A stretch of DNA of 64,000 nucleotides from Tubulanus polymorphus (taxonomy: Eukaryota > Animalia > Nemertea). The notes below the pieces were generated by a model. The model did no database searches. It saw only the letters and a list, made by a program, of their open reading frames with translations, and was not told the origin of the DNA. The stretch spans positions 1,240,001 to 1,304,000 of the forward strand of contig NC_134036.1 in NCBI RefSeq assembly GCF_964204645.1, given 5' to 3'. The translations under genes were made by a program, and so were the position numbers. This document shows, piece after piece, positions 38,774-52,365 of this stretch; position 1 is the stretch's first letter; each line of letters opens with the position of its first letter.

Positions 38774-39151
38774 TTTTTGTAATGGCAGACGATAACTGCT
38801 GGTGACTGTAAAACCTCTCAGTTGGCTCCAATTCTCCTTCCGATGGCATTGAATTCAATACTTTTGTTTTTTTTCGGAGGTTCAAGTTTGATATCAATTT
38901 AGTTAGATCGACGAATCTTTTTTCGTTGTTTATTGGCGCGAATAGTTGTTAGCGCCAGATGGTTTTTGTAATGGCAGACGATAACTGCTGGTGACTGTAA
39001 AACCTCTCAGTTGGCTCCAATTCTCCTTCCGATGGCATTGAATTCAATACTTTTTTTTTCGGAGGTTCAAGTTTGATATCAATGTCGTTAGATCGACGAA
39101 TCTTTTTTCGTTGTTCATTGGCGCGAATAGTTGTTGAGCAGCGCCAGATGG
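38774..39151. repeat. Recent ~189-bp tandem duplication
   Basis: aatggcagacgataactgctgg starts at 38781 and 38970; the copies are nearly identical. Confidence 0.9.
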
Positions 39152-39184
39152 CGTTGAATGTTGAAATTTCCTTCCCCCAGGAAT

Positions 39185-39250
39185 CCTTATACTGTGGTCG
39201 GTTGGATGAAAGTTTTTTTCCCAACGCGATTCGGTTGATTAAGGATCTTC
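39185..39250 (+). mobile_element. Tiny 3' remnant of a Rex-Babar/L2-type LINE
   Basis: Translates as CGRLDESFFPNAIRLI, similar to the terminal T.R...SFFP.AIRLLN motif. Confidence 0.4.
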
Positions 39251-42200
39251 CTAAAAAACACAATTGTTCTCTTGGAACCGTCTGTGCTCTTTCGGTCGGC
39301 CAGGGGATGGTTTTACCAAAGCGACTCCGTAATCCCCGCCATCCAGAGCGTTCGATTCTGGGAAGCCAGGTCGTCGGTTCGTACGCCGTTTATTGCTCTC
39401 TGGCTAGGCAGTGTTGCACCCCCTACCCAGGAGTAAATGGCGTACCCAGCCTCTGTTTATCTGTTAGTGGAAAACCTTCCGAATGAACCCTCAAATCGGT
39501 AGAGACTGTAGTTGCCGGGGATATGTAATATTTAAATGAGCTACAGCTAACACGGAAACCGAGCGAGACGAAATGTCGATTAAATGTAAAACGTCTAGAC
39601 CTTGAAACGACGAAAATAGGTTTGAAAAACATGTCTCCAAATCACTGGACGATTTGAGTCTGATTTGAAATGTAAAATTCCTCTCTTTCCGATACTAATT
39701 TGCATAATAAGACAGTTAATGACGTCATCCGCATTTCGAAACGGAATAGGATTTATGTGTATGTATATGATACATAAGAGCGACAAAATGATAGAGAAAA
39801 CGATACTGAAAGATTTCCTGGGGAAAATATCCCGTTTCATTATTGTTTCTTGATCATCCTTAAACTAAGTTCTGTCTCTAACTTATGTAGGACTTAAATG
39901 ATAAGTAATGATTATGATTATGATTAATGATATGTAATGACTGGTATCATTGAGCTAATTTCTCTTAATTATAATTTCTTTTGATCATAAACTTCTGTCG
40001 GACTTCAACTCCATAGCGTCGTGATAGTAGTATTGTCTTCTCAGCCTACCTCGCTAACTGGGGCTGCTGGTGTGAAGGTCTAATTGACCCTTGCCCCGAC
40101 GAGAGACAGCTGTTGGTGTGGAGATCTAATTGACCCTTCTTGCCCGAACAAGAGACAAACATTGAACTACTTTCAACTGAACCGGGAATGATTGAATGAT
40201 TCCCCGCTCACTGTTTGCGATGGTGAATTCAAACACTTGCTTCATTATCCCGGTCGGTTCGCCCTCTCAAACCAGGCGAGTCGACTCCTGGTTCATTCTC
40301 TCCAAACATGCGCGCCTACGATTGAAGTTTCGCGGTTCCGTTTACGAGGATCTCCTCACATTGAAGTAGTAGTTACACTATCTCTCATAATTACATCGAG
40401 TTCATTATTCCGATATTGCTGGTCGGGGGATACTTTACATTCAAGAATCAGTTTTACAAATACGTTGAACTTGTTAAGCCATTCAATTTCTTCATTCATT
40501 CATATATGAAATTCAGAATTTGATGAGTTTTTGTTTTGCCGTGTCCTGGCCCCTAAACTTATGAACCACTGGATACGACACGCTTGAAATTTGTCTAAAA
40601 TGGTGGCATCAATATCATTAGTGATGGCTAAATCAATATCACTGCTTTGCGGCTATTTTTAATTTCTTCATCATTCAGGTTATATGAAATCTAGAAGTTA
40701 ATTAGTTGTTATGACCCTCGATCTTTTATGAAACACTGGTTAGATAGGACGCCCCTGAATTGTTCGTCCTATCCGTTAAATATCATTTGATTTTCATCTA
40801 AAATTTTGAAGTTAGTACGTCTTTGTTTTGCTGGGTAGTGACCCTAAAAGTTGTATGAACCATGGGATAGGACACGCCTAAAATGTGTGTGTCGGCATAA
40901 ATAGTAAAATCGATATCGTAATGGCTATATCATTAGTTATAGCTGCTTCGCGGCTATTTTTAATTTCTTCATTATTCGGTTTTATCTGAAATCGATTTAA
41001 GAGATACTCGTGAATAAATTGATACGAAAGATACCCTCATCTGAGGACAACAATTAAAACCGTTTAACGAGCTATGAACTTTTTTCACACGCCATAGTAA
41101 CAAGCAACCCGTATAGTAGAGTAGTATTCCAAAAATCGATATAGAGAGGTTGTATTTCTTTTCAAACGTTCGTTTATTTGGGAGAAAGAGACCACTTTAT
41201 TCATTCTTAATTCATTGAGTTCCCGGTCGAATCGCTTATTAAGGCAAAACTCTCCCCTTATCGTCTGCGCGCGCGCCCGTAATCGTCCTACCTTAAGGAC
41301 TTTGAATTAGCTCTAACCGCAAACATACATCGTCGACCCGTAACAAATTAGCGGCACATTAGTTAGCGAGTGAGCAGACGATAAGTGTTTCGTGAGAGGG
41401 GGTAATTAATGTGTATTCGCAGGCAACAGAGTTCCCGATTCGATAATCTCTTCAGAACCAGATTACCGACCCGACCCGACCGACTACAAATTATATCAAA
41501 AGCCATAAATATACACATTATGCATATTTATCGTCATTGAGTCGGTTAGTGAAATATCATTCATTATTGGACCACTTGAGTATCGCCGAGATTCGGTAAA
41601 TCCGGTCTATTGAGCGAGGTCACGCGCGTCGGCAATCCGCTGACGCAACAATGAGTGCGGTTGTTGGTTGCTGTAGCTACGCGACCAGTGGCGACCAGTG
41701 GCGAGAATGCTATAATAGTAGTAATAATAATCGCGTTTGGCCGTTTTTATTACGAGTAGATTCGAATTTCGAATATTATATAAATCTTAACGGACGCCGT
41801 AACGGTCGTAAAATACGAACTAACGGCGATTCGATTCGGTCGTAAAATCGTATACGTGCGTCGCATATACAGGAAATAGTCTTTCTTCGTTGGACTGGTT
41901 CCCGCGGTTGTCGTGGGAATTGACCGTTGCTCCGTGCATAGGTGCGGTGACCAGTCAAGCGAATATAATTTTACAAGCGAATTTATGATTTCCAAATCGC
42001 GTTCGATGCGATCGATGAAACGTAGATAGAATCTGATTGTTTTAACGGCGCTGATTGTTGAGTTACGACGCGTAATACACGACGTTTCCCTCAGGCTACA
42101 TACGCCAACCTACGCCTGTTTTGTGTAAATGTTTTATGTAATTTGTTTTCGGATTTTGCATTTCGAAATGGCTGGGGGAGGGGGGGGGGGGTTCTGTATC

Positions 42201-44325
42201 TTGCCGTTTTTGAAAGCTCTCTTACTTATTAGCGAGTTCCGTCTTTCATTACGAATGTTTTAGTTCGAATTTGTCAGCGCGAAAGTAATCAAATATCCTA
42301 GATGAATTCTTTGTAAAATTTTGTAAAATTTATTCGCGAATGGTTTCGACGTTCAGAAGTTCCGTTTGTAAAAAGCCCCTGGGGCGCTCCGGTTCCACAG
42401 TCGCGCGCTCGGCAATAGATTCATAACCGAATTGGATTATTTTGACCTTCAACCTTCCCGTACTTTGAGGAATAATAAAATCAGTGATGTGTGGGTAATA
42501 TTGCTGCTGCTGCTGCTGTTGCTGCTGGTGTGACTGCTGGGTCATCCGTTTAGTTTGAAAAGGGCAACAATACTCGACGCGAGGTCGCTAAGTGAATGTT
42601 ACCGTACGACCGCATTGTTGAGAGCTTTTATTCCAAGTTGATCCATATTTCCAATATTCATTCATCACTTCCACAACACGATGATTCACTGGAGGAAAAT
42701 GTCGAGAAATTTTCGCAAACTTATAATCGAAAAGGAAATGTCCGATATTGAGAGTAAGAAAAAGCTGGTAACGTTTTAGGAATTAGGATTCATTACATAA
42801 AAAGCTGAAAGGTATTGACAACGACTTTTTCAGTTAATGAGAATAGGACAAACGGGACGCATTGGTAGAGTTTCAAACAATGCGCGTGGGATGCATCGAA
42901 CTTATAAACACTATTTTGGCATATTTAAGAAACCTTTTTTTCTACGTTCTTTTCTTCGCTTAGCAACGGTAACAATGGGAGAACTTCGACATAGACAGGT
43001 TTTACCAACGAATTTTAATTATATGCCATTTCAGTCACCAACAACAAGTTAGAATACTAGAGCGAAAAGAGTGAATTGATGATTTAGAAAAAAAAAAACA
43101 ATGCGTGGTTCGTAACCCTCTTATTTCTGTAGTGACTGTAGTGAACCTGTAATCGTCTGAGATCGTATCACGTATCGCGTTAGTCTAACATTGTTAGTCT
43201 CACGTAACTCGCCGTTTGCAGGTGGCAAAAAATGACAACGATTTGTTATCGCCAACCCCCGTTATAAAATAAGAGCTGAAAATGAAGAGTAACTAAACCT
43301 GGACAATGCAAAGTTTGAAGAAGGAAAAGAAGTAAAAAGAAAGAAAAATAGAAAATCTCATTTCAGGTTTGAAGTCGTGTTTCAGGTTTGAAGTTAGCGA
43401 AGATAACAACAATAAGAAACGATACCGTGGAAATTAAGACTTTTCGATAGTGTTACTCAACCTCGTGTAAGAAGACATTGCGAAGTTTGTTTACGTTTGA
43501 ATGTCAAAAATATTAAGTCTATCACATAGCAGACTTTGAAAATACGAAAGCCCACGTCGAAGTGCTTCATGCAAATCAAAACTTCAAAACTTAGTTAACT
43601 TTGATCATACACATTTCTTTGCTCCCAGTCTTTGGATTGCTCTACTCAAAAACATTCGACATGAGCCCGACTTGGAAAAATTCAAAGGACTCCTAAAAAT
43701 ATCATACCTGTTTACTGGATTACTTTGAAGCGCCTTCGAAAACTGAATCTAGTAAAATTTTCGCTGTACGAATAAGTTTTCATCGTCATCGTCATCATCA
43801 TCATTATAGATGAAGATTGACTGAAGTTAATCTCTCTTCCTAATCCTAACCCCAGAGTAAGGTGTTCCTAACCATGGTAGTAGTTGCTATAGCAAAAAAA
43901 CAGAGAATAAGCTGTTCCTAAAAATGTTGTAGTTACTACAGCAAACAGTGAGTAGAACAGAGTAAGAACGTAAGAAATCCCGTATCGCCCATAACGATTC
44001 ATGAAAATCATCAGTGGTTTTAATCTTACGTAAAAACGATACTTTGAAAACTTTTTTGTTTCATCGACATTATTGCGTCAAAAAATAAACGTTTTCCTTT
44101 CCACGGCGTTCTTCTATCATTGTTTCACCGCCGTTTTCAACGCGCTTAGCAACAACGTTATTATCTTTCAATATTGTCGTCGACGTAATAATCACGTGTG
44201 ATGATATCACGTTGTTTCCAAGCGAGCGAGCGTTGTTGCGTTTGTTGTCTTTGAACTAACGTTCGTAATTCAAACATAATAAAAACCGTTATTTCACTTT
44301 ATTCTAATATCTAATGCCGCAGAGA

Positions 44326-44430
44326 CGGCAGCAAATGCGGTGGCAGCAGCAGCGGTAGCAGCAGCGGCAGCGGCAACAGCAGCAGCAGCGGCGGCTACAG
44401 CAGCGGCGGCAACAGCAGCAGCGGCAGCGG
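44326..44430. repeat. (GCA/GCG)n trinucleotide repeat
   Basis: About 30 degenerate GCN units. Confidence 0.85.
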
Positions 44431-44698
44431 TCCACATGGCCGATATGATCTGTATAGACGAATTTGAGCAAGTTTCATGTGCTCCTAAACTTCTTAGAGA
44501 CCGATCATTTATATTGACTTATATGTGGATGATTTGAAGACTTAGCATTTACTTTTGCTAGCTATTGAAGCATAACTTCAGGTTGGTTAAGGAGTTTTAT
44601 TTTCAATTGGGATTGGTTCTATCTATTCCAGGAAAAAAAAACTTCTCAAGAAACCTGTTTCATCTAACCAAAGAATGTTCGAAGAATGGTCGAAAGTG

Positions 44699-44915
44699 TC
44701 CCCTCTCCTCTCTCCCTCTACATCTATCTCTCCCTCTCCCTCTCCATCCTCTTTGTCTCACCTTCCTCTCCCTCACTCCTCTCTCCCTCTTTGTCTCATA
44801 TTCCTCCCTCCCTCTCCCTCCTCTTTGTCTCAGCTTCCTCTCCCTCCTCTCTCCCTCTTTGTCTCATCGTCCTTCCTCCCTCTCCCTCCTCTCCCCTTCC
44901 TGTCTTTCCCTAACT
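44699..44915. repeat. CT-rich polypyrimidine tract
   Basis: Degenerate (CT)n with ctctttgtctca sub-repeats. A similar tract lies at 47490-47630. Confidence 0.9.
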
Positions 44916-47900
44916 CTCATTAACGATACCCCAAAATCCTCCTTTGCAAAAGTAAAAAAATGTTCTTTGTTTTCCTTTTCTTTCCCTGTCCTTCCTCTCT
45001 CTCCTATCGAAAGCTTCCTTAAAAATATGAAACAATGCGACTGGAAAACAATCTCAGACGGAATTAAGATACGCGACGTCGTTTACTCGAGTATCGAATA
45101 TCGAACTAAATCCTCTTAGACTTACAATTTAAGACTTACGACGTAAACGAGAGAGAGAGAGCGTACTTCAATTTTATTTCTTTAACCGTATTGGGTTTCA
45201 AAAGAATGGCCGGTCTTTCATTTGAATATAGACGCTATTCGAAAACGGACAAAAATTGGTTTTGAATCAACTCGCTTTTTTTTGAATGGATCGGAATTTG
45301 ATATCGTTGAAGAGACCTCCAGCTAGTAATCGGATTTAGTCTTACTATGTATTAAATTATGCAAGACTTGGAATATCAGGAAAGATGGCGTAGTTATTTT
45401 GAAGTATATTTGAAGTAGAATTTCGTTCGTCTAACTTTTGACGAAGACTTCTATTTCTACATGTTCGGTTTCAATCGCCGATACAACAATGTCGACCGTT
45501 TTTCTGTGGTCGTCTGGTTCGAAAGCAACAATGTCGATCGTTGTTGGAATTTTATAGCTTTTACTCGAAACAACAAAATCTATCTTTAACTTTTGTGAGA
45601 TTCGAAAAGCTTTTGAATTTTCTTCTTGATAACAATAACGACGGTTAGATTTATAAGTGCAATATAGTTAATTTAATTGTTTTTTCTAATGTTAAATACT
45701 AAGCGCTTTTTATTGAGAACCTGTTTTTTTAAACAACAATGTCGACAGTTTATTGGAACCGAAATTCAAAAAAGCATTCGAACTAAAACGTTCTATTCGA
45801 CACGACTGGCCGCACCGGAATTCTCAATATCCTCGGTGAATTTCACGAGCGAAAGAACGGGAAATTCGATTTGAAAGTTTCTTTGAAGAAGATCAAAAAG
45901 GCAGTTGAGCTGTGGCGAGAGACGAATATCTTTCAATTTCTCGGGAAAAAAACTAAAACGCTCGCACACAACCTGACACCGACTTATTTCTGTTTAGTAA
46001 TGAATTCTATTTTAGAAAAAAATCGTGTTTGGAATGCACGAACGCGCGTCCCTGTAACCGTGGAGAAAGGGAGGCAATCATCTTCAATTGAAAAACGACG
46101 GTTAAATTTAAAATGTTATCAAACGAATTTTCTCCAGCAATTTGAATACGTGTGTTCGCGTACGGGCTAAAACGTCTCGTCTGCAGCTCTGTGTATCATC
46201 GCGGACAGAAATACGCAAATTTCTCCGCTGCGCGTGGGGGGGGGGGGGGGCGGTGGGGTTAATTTGATATGTAAATTTATGCGAAAATCGATTCGGCACC
46301 GATTGTTGGACGCTCTCGAAAAGGTATCCCGTAGCAACTGAATTCGAATTTCATGTAGAATCTGGCTATGACTGATTTTTCATATATATTCTTTTCTGAA
46401 TCTTTGATCGGCTGCTGGCAATGATTGGAAATCGAAATAAAAGCTATAAGGATATTATACGATAGATCGTCTGCCGAGGGTCTAGTTTCACGAAGGGATT
46501 AATTCCGAAATCAATTTATCAATGATTAGATACAGATTATAGATTTTAGAACTGACCTCTTCACTTATGGCACGTGAAAAATTTCAAGAGGCTTGAATGT
46601 TCCTAATTTTTACTCACGTGTTATTTTCGCCGATATCATGCTTTGCATAGGGCTAAACCGATGATATCTTGTTTCTGCTAATCGGCTTGGCCACTTTTGT
46701 AAACTGCAATAACTGAAATTTGGACCGAGTCAATTTGAGCGCAGCAGAAATGGGAAACAATACATATTCCTGCACATCGTAATGAGGCTGATCAGAGAGG
46801 CAGTTGAGGTCATGGTTTTGGAATGAGGCTGAATAAATTCTGAATAAACGATAGCTAGTGAGGAAATCGTAATAAAAAAGAAACAAAAAGTTTGACGAAA
46901 AATCCATACATGGATAGTATTTCCAGTTTCACGACTTGGCGTTTTCGACAAATCACGGGTTTTGTGGTCGTCGATGAACACGTGGGCGCGTCGTTGTACG
47001 TATGAAGTTTGTTCGCTCGCGGTTTGGGAGAAAATTAAACACGCGAATTTGAGAACGGTAAACTGTAATTGTATAGCCCCGCAGAGATTTAGTGAGGGCT
47101 TCGGGAGGATGTTTACCGTCTGTTCCCGGTGCCCCAGTGGTCATCTCTATTGAATGCGAGTTCGGTTCCTGGTCGTCGTAAGAACAATGAAAATGTATGA
47201 TATTTAAGACGGTCAGTTCGACCTCCTCCAGATCTCTGAATCCCTCGGTTGCATCTATCCAATCTCTTTTCCTCACCCTCCTTCTTTTCATTCGCCTTCT
47301 TTGTCCCTACTCTCCTGACCCACTCTCCACTCCTATTCCTTCACCGACAGGCGATAGACCAACTCATTGTTACGCCGCATCAGGAAATATCGCCGCTATA
47401 TTACTCAGGCTATCGGGTCCCGTGTGGGTTTCTATCACATAACAAATCTACGCCGTGGATATCACGCGGTATATGTGATAAAAAGATATTCTCTCTCTCC
47501 TCTCTCTTCTCTCTTCTCTCTCCTCTCTGCCTCTCTCCCCTCCCCCCTCTCTCCCCCCTCTCCTCTCCCTCTCTTTCAACTCTTCTCCCCCTCTCCCCTC
47601 TTCTCTCTCTCCCCTCCCCCTCTCCCCATTTACTTCTATTAAGATACTATAATATCCAATAATAATGATGATATTGTTTGCTGTTTGATGGCGTCAGTGA
47701 CATTCCTATTCCTCGGAGACCCGTTATCGAGAACTCATTCACTATTGATCAATGGAATAGATCTACGACCCCTTGTATCTAGCCCCGCGCCGCTCGGCTG
47801 CTCCGCTGATAACAAACCCACTGGTAACTATTCCAGCTATCGACGCTCACGACTGATAAGTCGTCGCGGACATGATAAACCACGTGTAATTATTTTTCGA

Positions 47901-49699
47901 GTCAAATTCTCGCGTGGATTAAAACGTCTGGGACTCTTGAGCCGGAGTTGCTGAAAGTTAGTTAAAGATAAACGGATAAATACCAAAGTAACAATGAACG
48001 TTTAATTCTCACTATGTCAAGTTAACCAACTTTTCAGCAACTGCAGCCCCTGTCCCTGCTGCAAAATTTCAATATCGTTAAGTGCTCGAAATACAAACAG
48101 TTCAAGTAAGAATGTGGTAATAATTCATGATTATTAGAAAGCGCTTCAAACATTAAAACCAGCGCCAGGAATTTGATGATGTGGGATTTGTGAAAGCAGC
48201 CATATTTTTCTTGCGTTGTCGATTATCACTGTAATGGAGCCAAGGATCAGGGGGAACCAATCCTAAAATAGCATTCAGAAGGCAATTCCTCCGTTATTTT
48301 CTAACAGAAAAAAACAACAGTTATGACAGTGACGCCGTGAATTAGAAGGCTATTTATTTACATATGAATGATATAAACATGTCGGATCTTCGGATAAGTG
48401 CTAGACAGAACAATCACAACATCAAATCGATTCGATGATGTCATAGGTGGGATTTGTACTAGCCGCCATTTTTTCTGGAACACCGTATTCTATATCTCAA
48501 TCGACACATCAGTAATTGGGAGATTTGGCAGACATTTTTTTTTTCTGATAGCGTCAGATGATATGTAAATAGACAAACTAAGCAGCCATTTTGGAAAGTT
48601 TTAACATTAAGGCAACAAAATGATTCCACGTTGGTATTGCACATACTCTGACCAGTAGTAGGTCTCTGGAGCTTTGCCAACTTCTCAGCGAGTCGCCTGC
48701 GCTTCGAAGAAATGCCCCTTAAGCTCCGAGACCTGCGTCACACAGCCGAGTCCGTCCATCGTCTTTGTCTTTGTTGTTCTTGGACGATGTTCTTCCAGAA
48801 TCAAATACATATTAATTACGCCATTGTACTGGTGAGTTTGATCGATAGCGCGTGCTTAGCCTTCGCGAGAGCTTCTCATTTGCATATACGATATCGATCG
48901 ATACGACCGTTAGATTTCGAAAATTCGTATTCCCGACGCGCGCCCGTTAAACCGCTCGCATTGTTGAATTAACTAATGGATCGACCGCTTTTACCGAGCC
49001 GGATTGTTGCTCAATTAATTTAGTGCCGAATTACGGGCCGAGTATATAGATCCTTCTAATAAAATAAACACGATCGGTCGATTGAAATACTGGTTCGTCT
49101 GTCGGTTTGTTCCGATAATGGCCTCCGTGATCGGTTTCATTTTGAATGAAACTCGCGCCCGGTTTTCGAGAGCTAACGAGAGTTTTATGTAAATATTTGA
49201 ATTATGACCGTTAATTAGCACATGCGTGTAGCGACAGAAATAGTAGTAGAAGTAGTAAAAGCAGACCGCAGAAAGTTTGCAAATATTTTCAGATTATTGA
49301 ATTTTATTCATAGTTTTAGATCCGCATGAAAGAAAAATCTTTTTGAAAACTTCCTTTAAGCCACATTTTTAGCATATTTGACCATTTTCCCAAAATAATG
49401 ATTTTTGGAAATCATTTATCGGTGCCTTAAGTATTTTTCAATTGAAAGTTTTCAAAGAATCAAACAGATTAATTGTCAAGTTGTCATATTTTTCCGAAGG
49501 AATTGGAAACTACAGCCTTTCAATTGATAGTTTTCAAAAAATCCACCTCAAATGTCCAAATTAAGCAGAAAACATTAAGCAAAAAGCTGATTAAGTGAAT
49601 TACAAAGCATTGTTCATTTTTTGGGATTCTGCCACGACCCCCTAAAAATTGCCCGAAAATTTTCCTAAATTGATTGAAACTTGACATTGGAAAAAATAC

Positions 49700-51330
49700 C
49701 AAGGTATGTCTGATGAAGTATTCTGTTCTGAGAAATGAACCTATTAAGTATCAAGTAATTCCAGACAAAAGGTTTACTGACATGCCGTATCTTTAGAATG
49801 TCTTTTCTAAAGAAATTACTAAAAGAAAAAGCCAAGTTGTGAAGATATCGAATTTCATTTTACGGCAGGACAATACAGAAGGATTGAATCCGATGCTTAG
49901 GAAGGTGGTGCTACCCACCCGATATCAGTAATTGATTCTAGGAAATTCAGACTATCGTCCTTCAATGCAAACAAGTGTGAGTTATTACGAAAAGGTCAAG
50001 ATTACTTTTGTAAAAGTCAAGATCGATTTTGTCCAGGATGCTGAACTTGTGGTTGTGCCATTGGAACTTGAAGAGGCGACAAAATGCCATTGGAATACGA
50101 TGCCTTGTTGAAGACCAAAACTAAAAGCGAATATTTAAGACCACAACGAGGCTGAATTTGCTGTTAGGGACAAACAACAGTCCAGGAAGGTTAACTATTC
50201 CATTGAAACCCGAAGAGAGGAATTATGCCATTTAAATCCGATGCCATCTCTGAAGATGCTACACTGCGACCAGCAAATTGAAATCTGAGGCAAGAAGATG
50301 TTGCACTTGATGACAGTAATACGAAACTCAGACCCAGAAAGATGTGGAACTTGGGGATTTACAACAAACAAAAATCTCTGAGACAAGGATATATGGAAAT
50401 GGACATGCAGTGATGGGAAACCCGGTGGGAGGCTGACAGACTTGGACGACAGAGCTATCAACATTAAGTCATTGTGAATGCTAACTTGAAGGTGGATTGC
50501 GTTAGACTGGGCCAAAAGAAGGAAACAACGTCATTGGAGAAAATTCAATCATAGAGGACTTGGACCAACAAAGCCTCTTAACTACGTTCATACAACGTTT
50601 TTATGTTGAGCATATTTTCTAATGGCAAATGAAAGTGAATTGAAAGAATATTTATCTATTTAATGCAACCTTCAAGACGAGAACGTCTCAAAATCTGTGA
50701 GTTGTGGGACTTTTGACTTCAAATGGAAGAATTTGACTCAACATCCCGAATTGATGGAAGAGACTTTAATTACGAGCGCCACCAACCCAACGTTCTTCAC
50801 TAAACCTAAGAGGAGGACTCACTATACATTTCGTCCTATCTTGTCCGGACTAATGATACTTAATTAATGCATTTTGGAAGACTGCCATTTATTGAATGCT
50901 ACCTTCAAGGACTCGAACCCCCACCAACACAACGTCCTAAACAAAGAGTATTTTCTTCGAAGAAGGTAAAGAACTTGGATTGGAAGAATGCCATCTATGC
51001 CACTTTCAAGATAGGAGGTACGTATCAAACCTGTAGGTTGTAAGACCTTGGACAAACGACACTTCGAATCGATTGGAAAGACTACCACCGGTCTTTGTAG
51101 TGTAAATGGGAGGAAAATATCCGCGACCTAAATGAATCGAAAGAATGCCATCTACTTTCAAGGGGATGATAATATGTGATACTTGAGGCAAGATGGAAGA
51201 TGCCTTGGACCGGCAACAGAATTTCTTTGAATCAATATGAAAGACTCGATCTACTAGGGTTCTAAAGGAGGAATGTTTTCCGATGCCAGCTTGGAGGAAG
51301 GTGTTACACTTGGAGTGAGATTTTTGATAA
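49700..51330 (+). mobile_element. Heavily decayed LTR-retrotransposon (Gypsy-like) relic
   Basis: Purine-rich, CpG-poor, coding-like but full of stops. RKVVLPTRYQ*LIL...YYEKVK..F resembles the integrase H2C2 region. Purine tract ggaggaagg is followed by TGTTAC at 51302. Confidence 0.35.
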
Positions 51331-51899
51331 GCGAGAGATTTTGACCGGTAAAACACAAATCTCTGAGACGTGTTTGTAAGAGAGAATACGTCCAGCCACC
51401 CGTCCAGCAGACGACCGATGCGTCTCTTACTGAACGTGCGCTGGTGGCAAAACGACATGTAGCATGAAATTCGTTTTACCGGACGTCGCTTGACCGGACA
51501 GACGATCAATCACTGCCGCCGTCGACCTGCATCCCGATAAAATAAAACTATAGATAATGCATCATCCCACTCTCCCCTTCCCTCTCCCTCTCTCTGATCT
51601 TGATCTCGGCCTGTTGCTCGATCATTACTCAATATCTGAACACAAAGAATGATTTGTCATTAGTCGAGTGGACGCGCGTGAGGCCAAACAAAACAATTTC
51701 AAAGACACTGAATTGTTTTACAATATTTGACGAGGATATACGATGAATTTAAGCCATCCTTTCTCTGTATTTATGTACGACCACTTAAATTTTAATGACG
51801 TTCGTTTTCCTTTGAGGTTTCTGATTGGACTATTCCGCTTGGACTGGTTCTAGGAATGTGCTCACTCCGTGGTAGTATCTTAATTAGCTTCTTAACAAC

Positions 51900-52365
51900 T
51901 AAAATTTAATGATGTCATAGGGTGATTCATGGTAGTGACCATTTTTTCTCGAAGTGTTGATATCACCGCATAGAGTCTATTTTTAAAATTTTGATGATAT
52001 CATAGGGGGCTTTGTGGTGGCAGCCATTTGTTCGGGAGATGTCAAATTGATGATGCTATAATGAGATTTATGGGATTAGCCAATAAGCTTTCGGTTCTAT
52101 ATCAACATTCATTTGAAGACGTCACAGGGGAACTAATGCGCGAGACTCATTTTTTTTTGGAATTGTCCACATAATTATTGAGATTGATTTGATGATGTCA
52201 TTGGGACATGTTGGCGACGGCCATCTTGTCTGCAAGAGTGTCTATATCGCCACATCGATGAAAGGGATATTTAAGGACGGCGCCATCTTTCTCTGGAAAA
52301 AACATCCCTCTTTACCACTTGTTAATGTCATTGAGGGATTAACGATGGCGGCCATGTTTTCATGA
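51900..52365. repeat. Degenerate ~80-bp tandem repeat (tgatgatgtcataggg...ggcggccatcttg)
   Basis: About 6 diverged units. Same family at 795-910, 48170-48215 and 48430-48480. Confidence 0.6.

Noticed and set aside
44340-44537. Poly-Ala ORF, and poly-Gln ORF at 42330-42545
   Set aside because: Trinucleotide microsatellites without convincing exon context.
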